This document shows, piece after piece, positions 63,291 to 64,000 of a stretch of DNA of 64,000 nt. The stretch's first letter is position 1. Every line of letters starts with the position of its first letter. The translations under genes and the position numbers were made by a program. The DNA is taken from NCBI GenBank assembly GCA_963819655.1, contig CAWFXA010000002.1:288001-352000 (forward strand), written 5' to 3'. The notes below the pieces were generated by a model. The model saw only the letters and a program-made list of their open reading frames with translations, was not told the origin of the DNA and did not search any database. The DNA comes from an uncultured Chloroflexia bacterium (GTDB lineage Bacteria > Chloroflexota > Limnocylindria > Limnocylindrales > CSP1-4).

Positions 63291-63409
63291 GAGTTTTACG
63301 CTCTACGAGCGTTGTGGCCGCGGAATCCGTGCTCGCCGCAGCGGCAAGGTAGACCTTCGAACCACAGGCCGAAGGTCCATCCAAGCTCGGCGGGTATGAT
63401 CAGCGCCTC
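63291..63409 (+). repeat. Right-end module, copy R2 (tRNA promoter region, -10 TATGAT)
   Basis: Homologous to 59064-59180 and 49132-49219; contains the inverted repeat GACCTTCG-N10-CGAAGGTC. Confidence 0.8.
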
Positions 63410-63485
63410 GCGCCTGTAGCTCAGTGGATAGAGCGTCGGCCTCCGGAGCCGAAGGTCGCAGGTTCGAATCCTGTCGGGCGCGCCA
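63410..63485 (+). tRNA. tRNA-Arg (CCG)
   Basis: 76-nt cloverleaf, anticodon loop CTCCGGA, GTTCGAATCC, encoded CCA. Confidence 0.97.
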
Positions 63486-63576
63486 GTTCAACCTTTTCGG
63501 GCAGAGCCAGCGCCAATCCGTGCGCGTAGGCCGCCTGAGTCAGCCGGACACCCACGATCTCGGGTGCCAGCGACCG

Positions 63577-64000
63577 TCAGTGGTTCGTCGGCTGCGTGCC
63601 GGAGAGGATGTCTTTGGGTGGCGTGGCCAGACCGAATACCTGATCCAGGAGCGTGGTGACGCACCAATCCACCCAGTCGTCGTGCGGCCAGCCGTACGTC
63701 CCGACGAGGAAGTGGTAGGCGTCCTCGCCAACGTAGAAGAGCAGCAGGTGCGCTGCTCTCTCCGGGTCGAGCCCATCGCGCAGCGGTGCCTTCTTCCGAA
63801 GGATCTCGAGGATGACCCGGTAGCCATCGGCCCGCCAGGCCTCGGATTCCGCCATGACCCTGGCCAGATCGGGATCGTCACTCGCCCGCGCCGCGAGATT
63901 GAGCGGGATCACCCTTGGCATGATCGAGCCGACACCGGTCACCAGGTGGCGAACCGCCTCGGCGATCCCCGAGGCATCGGTCATCGCCAGGTACCACGGC
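63577..64000 (-). CDS. TetR-family regulator, C-terminal part (runs off window)
   Basis: LRDGLDPERAAHLL and LVGTYGW..DDW resemble the C-terminus of the 49252..49908 TetR. Confidence 0.65.
   Translation of the reverse strand, partial: PWYLAMTDASGIAEAVRHLVTGVGSIMPRVIPLNLAARASDDPDLARVMAESEAWRADGYRVILEILRKKAPLRDGLDPERAAHLLLFYVGEDAYHFLVGTYGWPHDDWVDWCVTTLLDQVFGLATPPKDILSGTQPTNH

Larger units (their letters stand above)
59221..63450 (+). mobile_element. Cassette 2 of tRNA-Arg-associated array (no integrase)
   Basis: Lies between the displaced tRNA 5' half and the intact tRNA; bounded by L2 and R2. Confidence 0.75.

Noticed and set aside
49132-63319. Repeats as a CRISPR array or classical integron
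   Set aside because: Spacing is irregular and up to kilobases, no cas or intI gene is present, and canonical attC boxes were not found.
63106-63384. N-terminal extension of ORF 62245..63384
   Set aside because: It runs through the hairpin and R module; the RBS and signal peptide indicate a start at 63105.

Overview
This is a high-GC bacterial chromosomal window. Gene content and style suggest Chloroflexota, possibly Limnocylindria/Ellin6529, but that is an inference. Many genes are split by single-base indels, most likely long-read consensus errors. 1-13.2 kb is a surface-polysaccharide locus (GT2/GT4 glycosyltransferases, deacetylase, phosphotransferase, methyltransferase, Wzx-like flippase) with truncated genes at internal junctions. 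13.4-49 kb looks like core genome: KamA, MMPL plus lipocalin, a Zur-ZnuACB operon with two Fur-type boxes, CoA-transferase, PIG-L, CapA, tRNA-Asp, an LtaE/DUF885/HisA-like/2x cyclophilin operon and a PLP decarboxylase. It also holds an unannotated ~170-nt structured RNA candidate at 39151-39324 with its own promoter and terminator. The most notable feature is 49.1-63.5 kb, a tandem array of cargo cassettes stacked on the 5' side of tRNA-Arg(CCG). The cassettes are bounded by a repeated 65-bp left module and by a right module that carries a promoter and the tRNA 5' half. A shared GAGTTTTACGCTCTA-type site occurs five times. No recombinase is encoded in the window.
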